NCBI GenBank assembly: GCA_002685535.1
Contig: NYXK01000235.1
Location: 8,058-72,057, forward strand
Origin: Deltaproteobacteria bacterium
GTDB taxonomy: Bacteria; SAR324; NAC60-12
DNA length: 64,000 bases
Direction of reading: 5' to 3'
A program made the translations under genes and the position numbers. Below are positions 36,637 through 48,391 of the stretch, in pieces. The notes beneath the pieces are model-generated. The model ran no database searches and was not told where the DNA came from. It worked only from the letters and a program-made list of their open reading frames with translations. Every line of letters starts with the position of its first letter. The stretch's first letter is position 1.

Positions 36637-39159
36637 TTAAATTGCATAGGAGATCTTGAACACCCAGCAGTGCTGACCTGCAGAGATAAGTGCTGTTGGG
36701 ACCGTGATGGCGACACCATCTTCGGACTGCGTCCAAGCAAGGCTCGTTCCATTTCCTGCTCCGATCATCGATATGCTATCTCCCGGTAATATTGGCAGTG
36801 ATGCGTTGACCACGAAGTTCTCAGTTGGCTCTGCCAAAGACAGAATGTAGAAGGCCTCTTCGGTCTGAGTGAAGCGCAGATCACCTGTTTCGGCGGTAAC
36901 GAAGCTGCTTGGATTTTAGATCTGGTTCAAAAAGATTGACATAAGGACAAAGGAACTCACTAGTAAGTTGTGTTGAAAACAGCTTCAGCATTCGCCTTGA
37001 TCCAGATACCAGCTTCAAGCAGGTGAGCTACCTCTGTTGCGTCGATTGTTCCATCGGCTTTAGGTCCGAAGTCAAGTAACAAGTTGCCGTTCTTGCTGAC
37101 CATATCGACAAGGGAGTGAATAAGTGTCGAGGCATTCATGTAAAGAGAAGCTGGCGTGGCACGATTGTAGCCGTAACTATATGGGTCCATTCCCTGGTTG
37201 CTCTCCCATTTACGCTCCGAGACGGATGAGAATGTGGTATATTCTGGTGTGTCAAAGTCGGCTCCGGCCACAATACCACAACGATTGTTCATTGTAACTT
37301 GTCGTCCTTGGGAGTTCGCGTGATTGAACCAAGCTGCGGCGAATTCGGCGGTCCCGTTCGATGCACCGCAATCGCACCACATGATGTCGGTCTCATAGTC
37401 GTAAGCTAGGATTTCCATCTGAGGTACCATCAAATCCGCAATGAAGTCGTCCTTTGGAAGAGCTCCAGTGTAAGGCTCTTCCGCACCGGTGTACGGATTT
37501 CTTGCCAGAATACCTGGCCAAGATGTACTTGCGGGATCTGTAGTCTGCGAAAAACCGTAAGGACCGTAGAGAGGATTGAACTAATACCATTAGCTAAATT
37601 TCGTTCCCATTGACGCTGTACTGACCCATTCTGGTAGACTGAAGTATGTTCCACGCTTCAGCTGAGGTTGGTACGTCTTGGCAGCATCGAATAATTCTCC
37701 AAGAATATCACGTTTCGGCCCATAGTGAATAGAATCACGATGCGTCGTCTCCTTCGCGTCGAACATGGCGAATCCATCGTGATGCTTGGTGGTGAGAACA
37801 AAATATTGAGCTCCAGCGTCAGCGATCAGATCAACCCATGACTTGGCATCCCAGTTCTCGGCTGTGAAATTCGAAAAGAAATCATCGTAGACAACATTCG
37901 GTCCGTAAGTGTTCAGATGGTGGTTGTAGACATCGGCTTTATCAGCATTCCGATGATGTCCATACCACCAGTACCATTCAGCGTAAATCTCAACTGGTGT
38001 GGAATTGCCCCAGCCCGGGACGCAATAAGGCCCCCAGTCTACAAATTATTAGCTTATGATTGTTACTTTGATCAATGTAATACTTACGGATGAAGATACC
38101 GTACTTTGCATCGTTGAACCACTCTGGAGACTCATGCGTCGAAAGACTGGACAGCTCTGATGTGTACTCCTCCAGTCCAAACTTGACACCCTTGATCGTA
38201 TAAGTCGCGTTGAGCGAGCCCGATAAATGGACAGTCGCCGTGACATTTCCACATCCGATGACACCAACATTGACTTTTTTCTGGTCTCCTGGTCTCAGTC
38301 TCTTGACATGTCCTGGATCAATGGTCTCAATCCCGGGAGCAGAAATAGCGACTTCAACTCCGGACCCCGAAATCCAATCGGGACCAGCGTTATTAACCAC
38401 AACTTCCACGGTCTGCACCCTGTCCGCATCATGCTTCTGAGTTGGTCGTAGGAATTGGACTTGAATTCCAGTCTGCTGTAACAGCGACAGAGAGAAGAGA
38501 TGAATTCTCGATGTGTCATTGGAAGTGTCTGGCAAAGTGATCGAGGCAAGGCTCTTGGAGGGGTCAACAGCTCCAATGTACTCGAAAATGTGTGAAGTGT
38601 TCCAATTGGTGGAGTTGGTCGTAAAGTAGTTTGGCATCACAACCTCTCCCTTAAGAATCGACAAGAATGAAGAGTATGGGTTGGTTCGGACCTCAGTGAG
38701 CACGCTTGATCCGTCGGCATATTCCAAAGTCATATTTCCGGACGCACCTGCAGACTCCGAAGCCACGAGCATGTGCAAGCTGAAGTATGAAGCGGAGGGT
38801 ACTTCAATTTCTTGACCTGCCATGACCATATTGTCGCTCTGGGTTGCATTTTGATAGCCTGGAAAGGCATATGAGATATTTGTCTTGGTCGATGTGTACC
38901 CTCCTCCATCTGGCAAGTTATGAGCCGGGTAAGAGTTGTTCAATTGATCGAAGTTCGCTTCCCCAGGAACTAGACCGAAACCTTTGTTATTGAAGTAGGA
39001 GTTGAGGGGAATTTGGACTATTTGCTTTGCCGATATCAGCGCCATCTTTTAATTGGCCATTAAATAGCTTACCTCTGAAGAGGTGCCATTCTCCCAGCGA
39101 CGACTTGGAGCAGCTTTCACCGCTGCAGCCAACCCGGCTATCAGAAGAAAGAGCTGCAT
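36637..39159 (-). CDS. Glycoside hydrolase family 29 alpha-L-fucosidase, secreted, with a roughly 310-aa N-terminal extension
   Basis: Five exons: 39073..39159 (signal MQLFLLIAGLAAAVKA), 38088..39024, 37626..38038, 36961..37580 and 36637..36907. Splicing joins WFNDAKYGIFI to HWGPYCVPGWGN. Also YFVLTTKHHDGFAMFD, IMWCDCG, NRCG, WESNQGMDPYSYGYN and NGNLLLDFGPKADGTI. Confidence 0.85.
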
Positions 39160-40273
39160 CTTGAAGACCCTGTTCCAGTGACCTTCAAATGCGTTGGATT
39201 TCTATCGCATCATATATGGCCATTTCCAAGCTCCCCCATCTTCACATTGACCCGGTGGACCCGGGCGACGACTATCGCAGTTCATCTGATGACAGCTCCG
39301 TAGTCCCCATACTGGCTTATCTAGGTCCGCCGCGTCGCAAAGCAAAGCTTCTGCATCTCTACAGGGAGCTGTAACGTTAAATGCACGGTAGCATCCATCG
39401 GATGCCTTGCTAATGGAGTGGTTCGATGGAGGGATCAGGGGAGGGGTAGAAGACACGGGCAATCTAGGTGGGGTTGATCATTGACCAGACCAGCAAGAGC
39501 TGTTCGCTTCATTCTCCGAATACAATTTGGATCTGGTTCCGGTGAGTCGTGCTATAAATACAAGCGGGAGCTGTGGAAGCTGTCGATGTTGACATTGACT
39601 TGCAGAGATGCTTGCTGCCAAGTCCTCAATGACGCCAGCCCACTGCCGGTCCACCATCCCTGCAGCCTTCACTCCTCGGTTCCCTCGAAGCTTGTTCCTG
39701 CATCCATTAAATCCCACTCCTGGAAGACGACAACATGCGCAGATAAATTGAGTACGGAGATTACCCCTCACCTGCTCATTGTATCTCTAATTTCTTTAAC
39801 TCGTTCCTCTCTACTCAATGATGGAGGTTCCATCAAGCTGGTTTTCAATTCAGCTGTATGGATGTTTCTACACTTTGAAGTTGGATAGATAGGACCATGC
39901 AGATGAAGAAGACTTTTACTCCAACGAAGTCTCTCTCAAATCCCAGAAAGTCGTTGGCATAGGTATCTAGCAGGGACGGACTGCAGATCTACCAGCCCAC
40001 TTTGAGTATCTAGCAGTTTAGTCGGCAGCTTCCATGTTGATGATCTCCACACCGACACTACATTGTCCACACAGCATGCTACGTTACGATGTTCGAAAGT
40101 TAATCAACAGATCTTCTCCCTCTCCACACCACTTTTGACCATTATGCCAATCGATAACAGCTCCCATGGGCAGAATGGGGATCCATGTGCATATCACTCA
40201 CGTGACACACCCATCTGAATACACTGCTATATGAGGTGCTCAATTGCCAGTGCAAGGGCCCGTCACTCGAAGC

Positions 40274-42400
40274 ATGCCTCAAGAGATTCGCAGTTTCGTG
40301 GCAAACATGTTGAGACTATATTCCGCTATCTTTCTCCTTGTGGGATATGCTCTGGCCATCAGCCCGGAATTGGCTGCAGAATTTGGCTATCCAGCCGGAG
40401 TCGATGTTTGGTAGGTTTTGCTTCTCTTTGGGATTTAATTTGAATATTTACTGACATAGCCAGGTGTGGAAAGGCGTATAGAGCTACGTAAGTTGTCCTT
40501 CAACTGAAGCGGACCAAGCCTAATCATCCGTCACAGCAACGGATCTTTTGAACCCGGTGGATGGCTCGATAAGCCAACATTGTCCTCCACGCCCCTTCTG
40601 GATCTCTCGATACGCCCACGCCTGAATCTGTACCTTGCTAGCGAAATCTATGCATCTTTAATCGTCGATGCTCCAATTTCGTACATGCATGGAGGCGCCT
40701 ATGTAAATGCTTCTTTCAACAAGCAAGATAACATCACGAGTCCTTTCACCAAGCTCTTCATTGACGTTGAAGTCGTTGAAACAGGACTCAACCTCGTTGC
40801 CGGCCGCAATATCACCGTCAACACAACCAGTAATGAGTTTGGCTTCAGTTTGTCAGAATTGACACCTCGATTCGAACCCTACCAGATCGTCATCACGGGA
40901 GCATCGGACGATGGAGCTCAGTTCTATTCTTCCACTACTGATCTTTACTATGTGCCTGAACGAACAGATGGTGGTAGCGTGGCGAAAGTAGACAGCTTAT
41001 ATGGTGGACTAGTTGTCCAGGATGTCTTCAGCAGCTCAACTGAGTGGGAACCATTATTTCCGTACACTTTCTACACTTCTTGGGACCAGTGGCTTGAGCT
41101 GAGTTTAGACAGTGAGTGGATCCAATGTCGACTTTACTGGCTTGAGCTGACGTGTACCCTTTAGATATCCGGGTTTTCAAGGACAGAGGTGAGCCAACTG
41201 GCACAACCGAGACGATGTCAGATGGACTAACATGATAATTAGGATACAACATCATTCACATCGTTCCAAATGCTGGACTAGACAACAAAGCGTTTGATTT
41301 CGATGAGCTTGATACCTATCTTGATGTCATGGACGAGATTGGACTTTGGCTGATGTTCGATATGAGTAAGTACCTAACCTGTTACTAACATGAAGATGGC
41401 TAACAATTCTATACAGGATGGTCGTACACCGTGAGTACAGAAAGTTCACCAAGTAAATTAATTCTAATCCAAGCAGAATCTTTCCTCAGTGGAGATGCAA
41501 GTCAATCGAGTGAAGTCCCGGAAGAGCATGCTGCTTTACTACACCGGCGACGAGCCCGATGGCCAAGTTGGTGCGCATCCCTCCTCCGCCATCTCCACAA
41601 CCCCATGTTAACATAATCCTCTAGACGCCCTCAACGCCACCAAGATAACCTACGACCTCGTCAAATCTCTCGACCCCTGGCATCCCGTCTCCCTTTGTCT
41701 CAACTGCCTCAACTACTACTTCAGCGAGTACACATCCGGCACCGACATCATCATGTCAGACCCCTACCCTATCGCCGTAAATACCACTTACTCGGTTCAA
41801 TACAACACAGTCTGTAACACCACATACGGCTGCTGCGGGTGCGATGACTGCGAAGGCGATTTTGACGACATCACCACCCGCTTAGGCCTGTACAAAGAAT
41901 ACCAAGATATCCTGAACGTCCCGCAGAAACCGCAGTGGGGAGTTCCACAGGCTTTTGGGAACGAGACTTTTTGGGCGAGATATCCGACGCCGGAGGAAGA
42001 AGTGGTGATGAATATGCTATTCATTAATCATGGTGCGAAGGGAATTGCGATGTGGTCCTATCCGACTGAACCTGGCTTGATAAACGTCACGAGTGCGTTG
42101 TCGAAGGCGCTGACGACGAGGACGGTTACGAACTTCTTGCTTGGTACGAACCCGGTCAAAATTGATGTGAAGGGCGTGGACAGAGTTGATGCGGCGGCTT
42201 GGACCGTGGGGAATAGCACACTCGTGAGTGTGGTCAATATGAACTATGTGCCAAGTTCTATGGCAAATGCTAGTCTTGCGATTGAGGGACTTGGAAGTCT
42301 GGGGGAGGTTGTTTGGGGAAGTGGCTGGGGTGTTGGAGGGGCGGGTCTGTGGAAGAATGGATTGGATGCTCTGGAGGTTGATATCTTCATTGTGTCCTGA
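40274..42400 (+). CDS. Secreted glycosidase-like (TIM-barrel-type) protein, family not assigned
   Basis: Eight exons: 40274..40410, 40464..40487, 40537..41111, 41165..41188, 41243..41365, 41417..41430, 41477..41570 and 41625..42400, all frame-consistent. N-terminal hydrophobic anchor/signal LYSAIFLLVGYALAISP. Segments YNIIHIVPNAGLDNKAF, GLWLMFDM, LLYYTGDEPDG, DPWHPVSLCLNC and DIIMSDPYPI resemble conserved fungal cellulase-like/(trans)glycosidase hypotheticals. This is a memory-based call only. Confidence 0.55.
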
Positions 42401-43412
42401 TATCATCTACGATCCACTCACTATCTCAGTAGAGATCTATTAAAGTGGTTGATTTACCACCAAGTAATTGACGTGGGTTTGATGCACATATAATAATGAA
42501 GACCGCAGCTCGCAAAACTACCTTAAATGCTGCCATAGATTCCAACTTTGACACCATTGACAAGTCCGCTGATGACCAAGATACAGCTCAAGAATTCTTC
42601 AGGAGTCATGAAGAGGCTGTAGAAGGGTCTTCCGTTGACTCCTGCCATGATGGAAGCCAAAAACAGAATTGAATTTGGTAGTGTTGTTGATAGATACCAG
42701 TCAGTAGCTGTTCAGCTTCGAGGAGATTCAATAAACACGGCAGTAAACATGGGCATGGGCGTCCTCGTTTGTTCACCGCTCAAGCCCCCTGTCAACGTGC
42801 TTGAACCAATTATAAACAAAGTAGCTCTACAGATATACGAGGCCGAAGAAACTAGACTCGAGCTAGCGAACTAGCGTATTCCTCGAGGCTGCCCACAGAA
42901 TCTTCTATCAAACAGATTTCCTGAACGTGGTAAAACAACTGAGAACACCCAAACGATGACTTTTGAAGATTCTGGAGGTGTGCAAAGCCTCAATTGGCCC
43001 CTTTCAAATCACGATTTGACCAACGACGGGATCTGCCGAGCCAAACATACTCCAAAGGTATCCCTCCAACACCCCCCCGCGACCACCCAAAGGGGAAACG
43101 ACAAAGCAACGATACCGAAACCGAACTCCCTCATACTAAACGAAGCCATAATCTCCCATCAATGGCAAGAAATCTTCAAGGAAGTGGAAAAAGGAAAGAT
43201 GATATGCTTTCGCAAGCAACAGGCGAATGCGAGTTCCATACTATCCAACAACAGCGAGAATTTACCAGGCAGAAAGCCTTTCCAACGGCCACGAGCGACC
43301 CCACGAATTTGAGTACTCATTCCAGCGGTATCAACAACACCGAGACCGAGTTATAAACAATTACCATACACAATGGACCATTTCTCATTCGCTTTGCTGA
43401 AACGGCATTCTC

Positions 43413-44514
43413 TCAAGATGCAAACGAATCCTTGGCCTGAGGTAGCACGCAGCCTGCAAGGTCTTTCTTCTCCTTTTTGGATATTCGACTCCTATGGCTG
43501 CGTCGATCTCGTTGGCTGGACTGTGGTACTCCAGGCTCTGGCGTTGCAAGGCCTTCTCGGTCACATGTCTGGGTCAAATAGTCCTCATATCTGGGCGGTG
43601 GGAAATTCTTGATTGGTCCCGGCTCAGCCTCATCAAGTATAGACCTATTTTCTATGTTCGAAATCAGCAAGTGCTCGTATTTAGTCTCTTTTTTCTCAAG
43701 GTCAAGTGCTATCTTACCAGCAATACTTGTTTCCCAAGCTACAATCTCTCGATCCCAGAGCTCTTCCAATATATCCTTGGCGTCCGAGCCCAGAAGATAG
43801 GTTTCCTTTAAGACTTCAAGAGTTAGTTGACTGGCCTGTGGTTTTATCTCATACCAGCAGTACTTACGAGTCATTTCTTAGGCGTCTCTATCCCCAGAAA
43901 TATCTGCTAAGAGGTGGAACTCTTGAAGACTGGATCTTGCGATCTACTCAGAGTTTGGTACGATACAGTCCAGGCGCCCATGTTCTCGTAATCCTCCGGG
44001 GTAGCAAGTCCTGAAGCCAGGTCGCTATAAAACTCAATCACATCAAGTCTGTTCAGCATTCGTCGGGCTGATTCGAAGAATTGCGTTCCATAGTTTCCCC
44101 GGTACCCTTTGGACGGCTTCTCTGCAAACTCCTCAATGGTAGACCAGATGACTTCTGGGTGGATACCTTGACGTAGAGCATCCAGTACGAAGATCTCGGA
44201 TTCAAGGTAGGCGCCAAGCTTTTTGAGGTATGCTTTGTTCGTTGGGGGGTTTCGAAAGAGGTATCTGAGGTGGAGCTTCGCTGTGGATAGTCAGTACTGC
44301 ACAGGCATTACAGATTGGTTTGGAAGAGGAAATTTGTATTACAGAAGACTAGCTGGGGATATGGATATCCGCCAGGTTCCATTTTGATCTTTTTCGGGGG
44401 GCTTGACCAAGTACGTTCGATACAACGCAGAAGAAACTCGGTTTCAGACGCTGTTTGTCGGGGACGAGAAGACTTTTCGTCGAGTGTGCTTCGTAAAGAA
44501 AAAAAGGTAAACAA
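43413..44514 (-). CDS. Hypothetical protein, multi-exon, structure unresolved
   Basis: Minus-strand coding segments: ORF 44308..44514 (candidate ATGs at 44514 or 44382), an ATG-less exon-like stretch SKLHLRYLFRNPPTNKAYLKKLGAYLESEIFVLDALRQGIHPEVIWSTIEEFAEKPSKGYRGNYGTQFFESARRMLNRLDVIEFYSDLASGL at about 43900-44290 behind an ACTGAC...CAG acceptor, and ORF 43413..43874. The joins between segments are tentative. No family recognised. Confidence 0.35.
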
Positions 44515-46189
44515 AATAAGACAGCCAGAAGGCGCAGATACTCGGTAACCTACTGAGCTTCAATACTTGGAGTTTGTATTGAGAAGTCCTCCTTGTGTAG
44601 GGTCCTGGCTAGGTGGAATAATTCGAAAGATGTCGCTCAAAAATCAGCGGATTGTGTCCAGAATTGTCTGCAAAAATAAGTCTTTGCAAAGAGGAAAGTA
44701 AACAAAGCAAGAACTATCGCGGGAATGATTCGGGTATGCCTTGAACCCTCAGCGATAGGGAAGCAAAAGACTACGTCTGGAGTTGGGGTGGTGTTGAAGA
44801 TTGGATCTGAAGCAAGAAGATGGCTCCGAGTCCATGAGACCGAGCTACCAGGATTTCGGGGCTAGGTCGATACACTTCTCTGGCGTTAGCGCCTCGCTTA
44901 GCGAGATTGAGAACATCAACAATCCACTGTGATTGTGCCAATTCTACGAGACTGCTCACAATCAGCTATACACTTGCCCGTGTAGAAATATGGGCCAGAT
45001 GGGGAGCTTTCCAGTAGGGACAGCGAATTTTTCTGTTGTGTTTGAGGGGTTCGGCAGCGGAATTGCGATGCTGGCAGAATATAGAGAAGGCGGGGTTTCT
45101 GGTCTTGGCAACATTACTGGAGTGATTGAGATCTTCTTTAGCCTGCGGAAGAAAAGTGTTCCTTCATATTATGTCAAGCGCAGAGCTTGAGAAGAACTTG
45201 TGATCGAAATACGTTGAGCGGGGAAATGCCTTAGTCGTTGGCCAACCTCGACATTAGCTGCCTCGAATAATTTTCTGGAAAGCATAACAAGAGCTTGGAA
45301 GCATTATAGATGATGTTGAGCCAAGGAGTGCAGGAATCAGAGGCTGGATTCCTCAAGTAGATGTCGACAAAATGAGGTGTCACATTTTGGGCCATGCGGG
45401 GGTCTCGATTTTGAACTGGGGAGCAGAATGTAGAGATATTTTCTCTGGATATCGAGCTTACAGCTTTTAATGACAAGCGTTGGAGATGGAGACGGTAGAG
45501 GGTGATGTGATGAATCCAACGACTTATACGGCTACTTCAATGTGCTGATGTTATGCTCTCAGGCTTTCGTAGGCGTCAAAAGCTTTTCATTTTGGTGCTT
45601 GGAAAGGTACGTGCTATTTATGGCCAAAGATATGATGTTCTGGCACATTTTGTACATCTGAGTGAAATAAGAGATGTCACCAGTTTCCATTATCAAAGAA
45701 ACTACATATTTCTGGGAATTCATGTCTCATTTCATCCAGGGCAGAAAGCGAATAAATTTCAAAGGACGATGCGCATTTGGGGCTCCACCACGTACCATCT
45801 ACAAAAGACTTTTATGCCATCTAGGGATGCATAACTCAATGGATCCAAGGCAGGAGTCAACTTCAAGAATAAAACATTCTATATTTCTGGTGCACACCAG
45901 AGACTCATCATATAAAGACTTTTGTACCATTCAGGAGCCTGTGTTGCAAAGAAGAAGGACATCATGAAGCAGAAAAAGTGTGCATCCAGGTATCATCCAA
46001 TCGCCACCCAAGTTATCCGACCCAAGCTGTGCCATTCTATTCTGGTGGAAAGAACGAGCATGCTCTTCAAGATCTTAGTTTAAAGTCCGCTTTCTGCCGC
46101 TGTCAGAACTGGGAGGACTTCTGTGGTTTCTTGATCTCTTCGCGCCCACCTGCGGAGGTGGAGATGAAGTCTTGAGTGGAGGTATAGTC

Positions 46190-46645
46190 TCAAGAAGAGA
46201 GCGTACAAAGGAATTGGAAGAGCGGCGAGGAGAGGAGTTTTCGAAAGGGTCGTCGAGAGTTGGAGGTGCGGGAGGAAGAGGATCGCTGAAGGAGAGGAGG
46301 TTGATGGACTGCGACGACCGTCATCGTACCTGGCGGCCCGGCGACGAAAGTGACAGAGGCTTGCAGGATGTGAGAGATGGGTTGGACACGCGCGAAAAGG
46401 CCGAGTAGTGGATCTTCAGAGTCGAAGAGGGAAGATCGAGTCCAGCCACGAAAGTCAGTTCCGGCGCTACCTTCTCGCAATGCTCGACGTAACTCGCCGG
46501 TGCCATCTGGTGTCTCGGGAGTCTGAGGGCGGTCGGGTGCTGCTACGTCTGGTACCGTGATAGCCGTGGGATTTTTTGCTGTGCCAACAGGAGAATATGT
46601 GGTGCCCATGGGAGAGGATGGTTGGCCATCGCTGTTGCGGAACAC
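46190..46645 (-). CDS. Hypothetical protein fragment (exon structure unresolved)
   Basis: 151-codon ORF with protein-like composition (ELRRALREGSAGTDFRGWTRSSLFDSEDPLLGLFARVQPISHILQASVTFVAGPPG). A possible upstream exon at 46749..46830 (MSSAAASDSGSGAGSRPALH followed by GTATTA) could not be joined in frame. There is a possible 44-nt intron near 46270-46315. Confidence 0.3.
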   Translation of the reverse strand: MFRNSDGQPSSPMGTTYSPVGTAKNPTAITVPDVAAPDRPQTPETPDGTGELRRALREGSAGTDFRGWTRSSLFDSEDPLLGLFARVQPISHILQASVTFVAGPPGTMTVVAVHQPPLLQRSSSSRTSNSRRPFRKLLSSPLFQFLCTLSS

Positions 46646-47772
46646 TCGAGCAGGGCGACGTGGTATAGGTCGAGTTGGGGTTGTGGCCGCTCGGTCTCTG
46701 CTTCAAGTCAATTTAGCTTGCGTCTTTCTGATGGTTGATCATAAGTAGCTATGAAGGAGTGGGGATAATACCGTGGAGTGCTGGTCTGGAGCCAGCGCCA
46801 GAGCCAGAGTCTGAAGCAGCAGCAGAAGACATTGCGGCCGGCGTCGTTATGACTTTATGGCTTTGAAGATGTATGACTCTGAAGTTACAAGTATGAGAGA
46901 TCAGGGCCAAGTTGACACTTGAGAAGATGTAGAATGCGAGAAGAGTTATAGTGATTCGAGAGTAGCTGAGGATGATCTTGTCCCTGAGCTCCGAAGCCCT
47001 TTTGGGCACCATGATCACAGGAATAGACTAACGATAGTGCAAAATCCTTTCATTTGCTATTGTTATCATCACATTTTTAGAGTGAATCTCTAGTCTGGCG
47101 TTTCATTCGTGCAACTGTACGGCGCAGACGCAAAGTTTTAGAAGGAAAATGACGGGGATCAAGACTTGTTGGGCTCGATTCAGGTATCATCATAAACTTG
47201 AAGAATCATTGAAACCGCTGGCAGTAGTAAAGTTATGATTTTGGTGGCAAAGAAAGAGAGCATGATGGTCAGTCAGATAATGAAGGCTTTCCTATGGGCG
47301 ATAATTGGGAGAGTTGACTAGTTCAGCGCTAAAATTGTCGCTTACCGAATGAGGAGAAATCAAAACAAAGGATGATTCTTGACGGCCGTTATTCTCACTG
47401 TGCGAATTTACGTTCAATGATAATGGGATATATATTTAGAATCTTTCACAATGTAACATATCATATTCATAGGTTGGGGGCGGTGATAGCTCTAAGGAAA
47501 CTCGCTGGTTAGCACAGACTTTTCATGAACTCCCGTGGCCGAAAAAGGCTACGAGATCCCAAAAAGCAAGCACCAAATGAGGTCCAGTTTGTATTTTAGG
47601 AAATTGAATTAATGCAAAGGTAGAAACTGACAAAACCATCAAACTCCCACCAAGTCCATCTTCCCGCCATCATATGACCATCATCTACTGGTGTCCACAC
47701 AACCGGCCGAAGAGCGAGGTGTTGCCATGATAGTCCTGGATATTATATTACGATCAGCAGATATCCCTAAAT

Positions 47773-48391
47773 TTAGATGATACTGGCTAATAATGACCTG
47801 CGATGCAAATTTTCATCACGACTTGCGTCGACGCTTGGTGGCAGCTGGCTCGCCCTTGGCGGCAGAGTCCGAGTCCGCTCGTTGTCTTGGACCCAAGGAT
47901 TGCGCTGTGGCAGCAGATCCTTTGTCTTGGTTGGTCGGAGGCGAAAGGGAGGTTGTGGAGGGGCTAGCAGCGGCGGTGGTCGAGCTTTGTTGGGTCGCTG
48001 TGGTGACCGGACGGGCACAGTTGGAAGGGGGTTGGCAGTGATCGGAGGAGAGTGGAGGAGAGCGAGAAAAGCGGATGGAAGAGGCGGAGGAGCGGGCTGG
48101 AGGCCAGCTGGTGGACCGTCAAAAGGATTGCCGGGGCCTGCAGCTTGCAAGTCGAACAGGAAAGGAAGGGCGATACCATATTCAGAGGCAGGGAATAGCA
48201 CTCTGTTCACTGGCTTGATGCCGAGGGATGGTGGGTTGGGGTCTTGAGGGCGGACGCGACTGGGCCTGGGAGCCGTGGGTGTGTTGGGACGTCCAGCCAT
48301 GAAAGAGATCCGAATTAGATACAAGTCTACTTTTGAGACGCGTAGAGAACTTACTGGTTACCTGAGCAGGTGGTGTAGTGGGTGGAGCCAT
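47773..48391 (-). other. Pro/Ala/Ser-rich low-complexity locus, open in several frames on both strands; coding frame not assignable
   Basis: Track ORFs 47773..48324(-), 47964..48179(-), 48182..48391(-), 47777..48247(+) and 47793..48041(+) all overlap. One minus frame ends in a natural-looking basic tail DSDSAAKGEPAATKRRRKS*. Confidence 0.3.

Noticed and set aside
44560-46190. Search for transposon relics or RIP-type AT-rich degeneration in the gene-poor stretch
   Set aside because: I noticed no terminal repeats and no reverse-transcriptase, transposase or integrase-like translations. Base composition is not markedly AT-skewed. Only short unconvincing ORFs are present.
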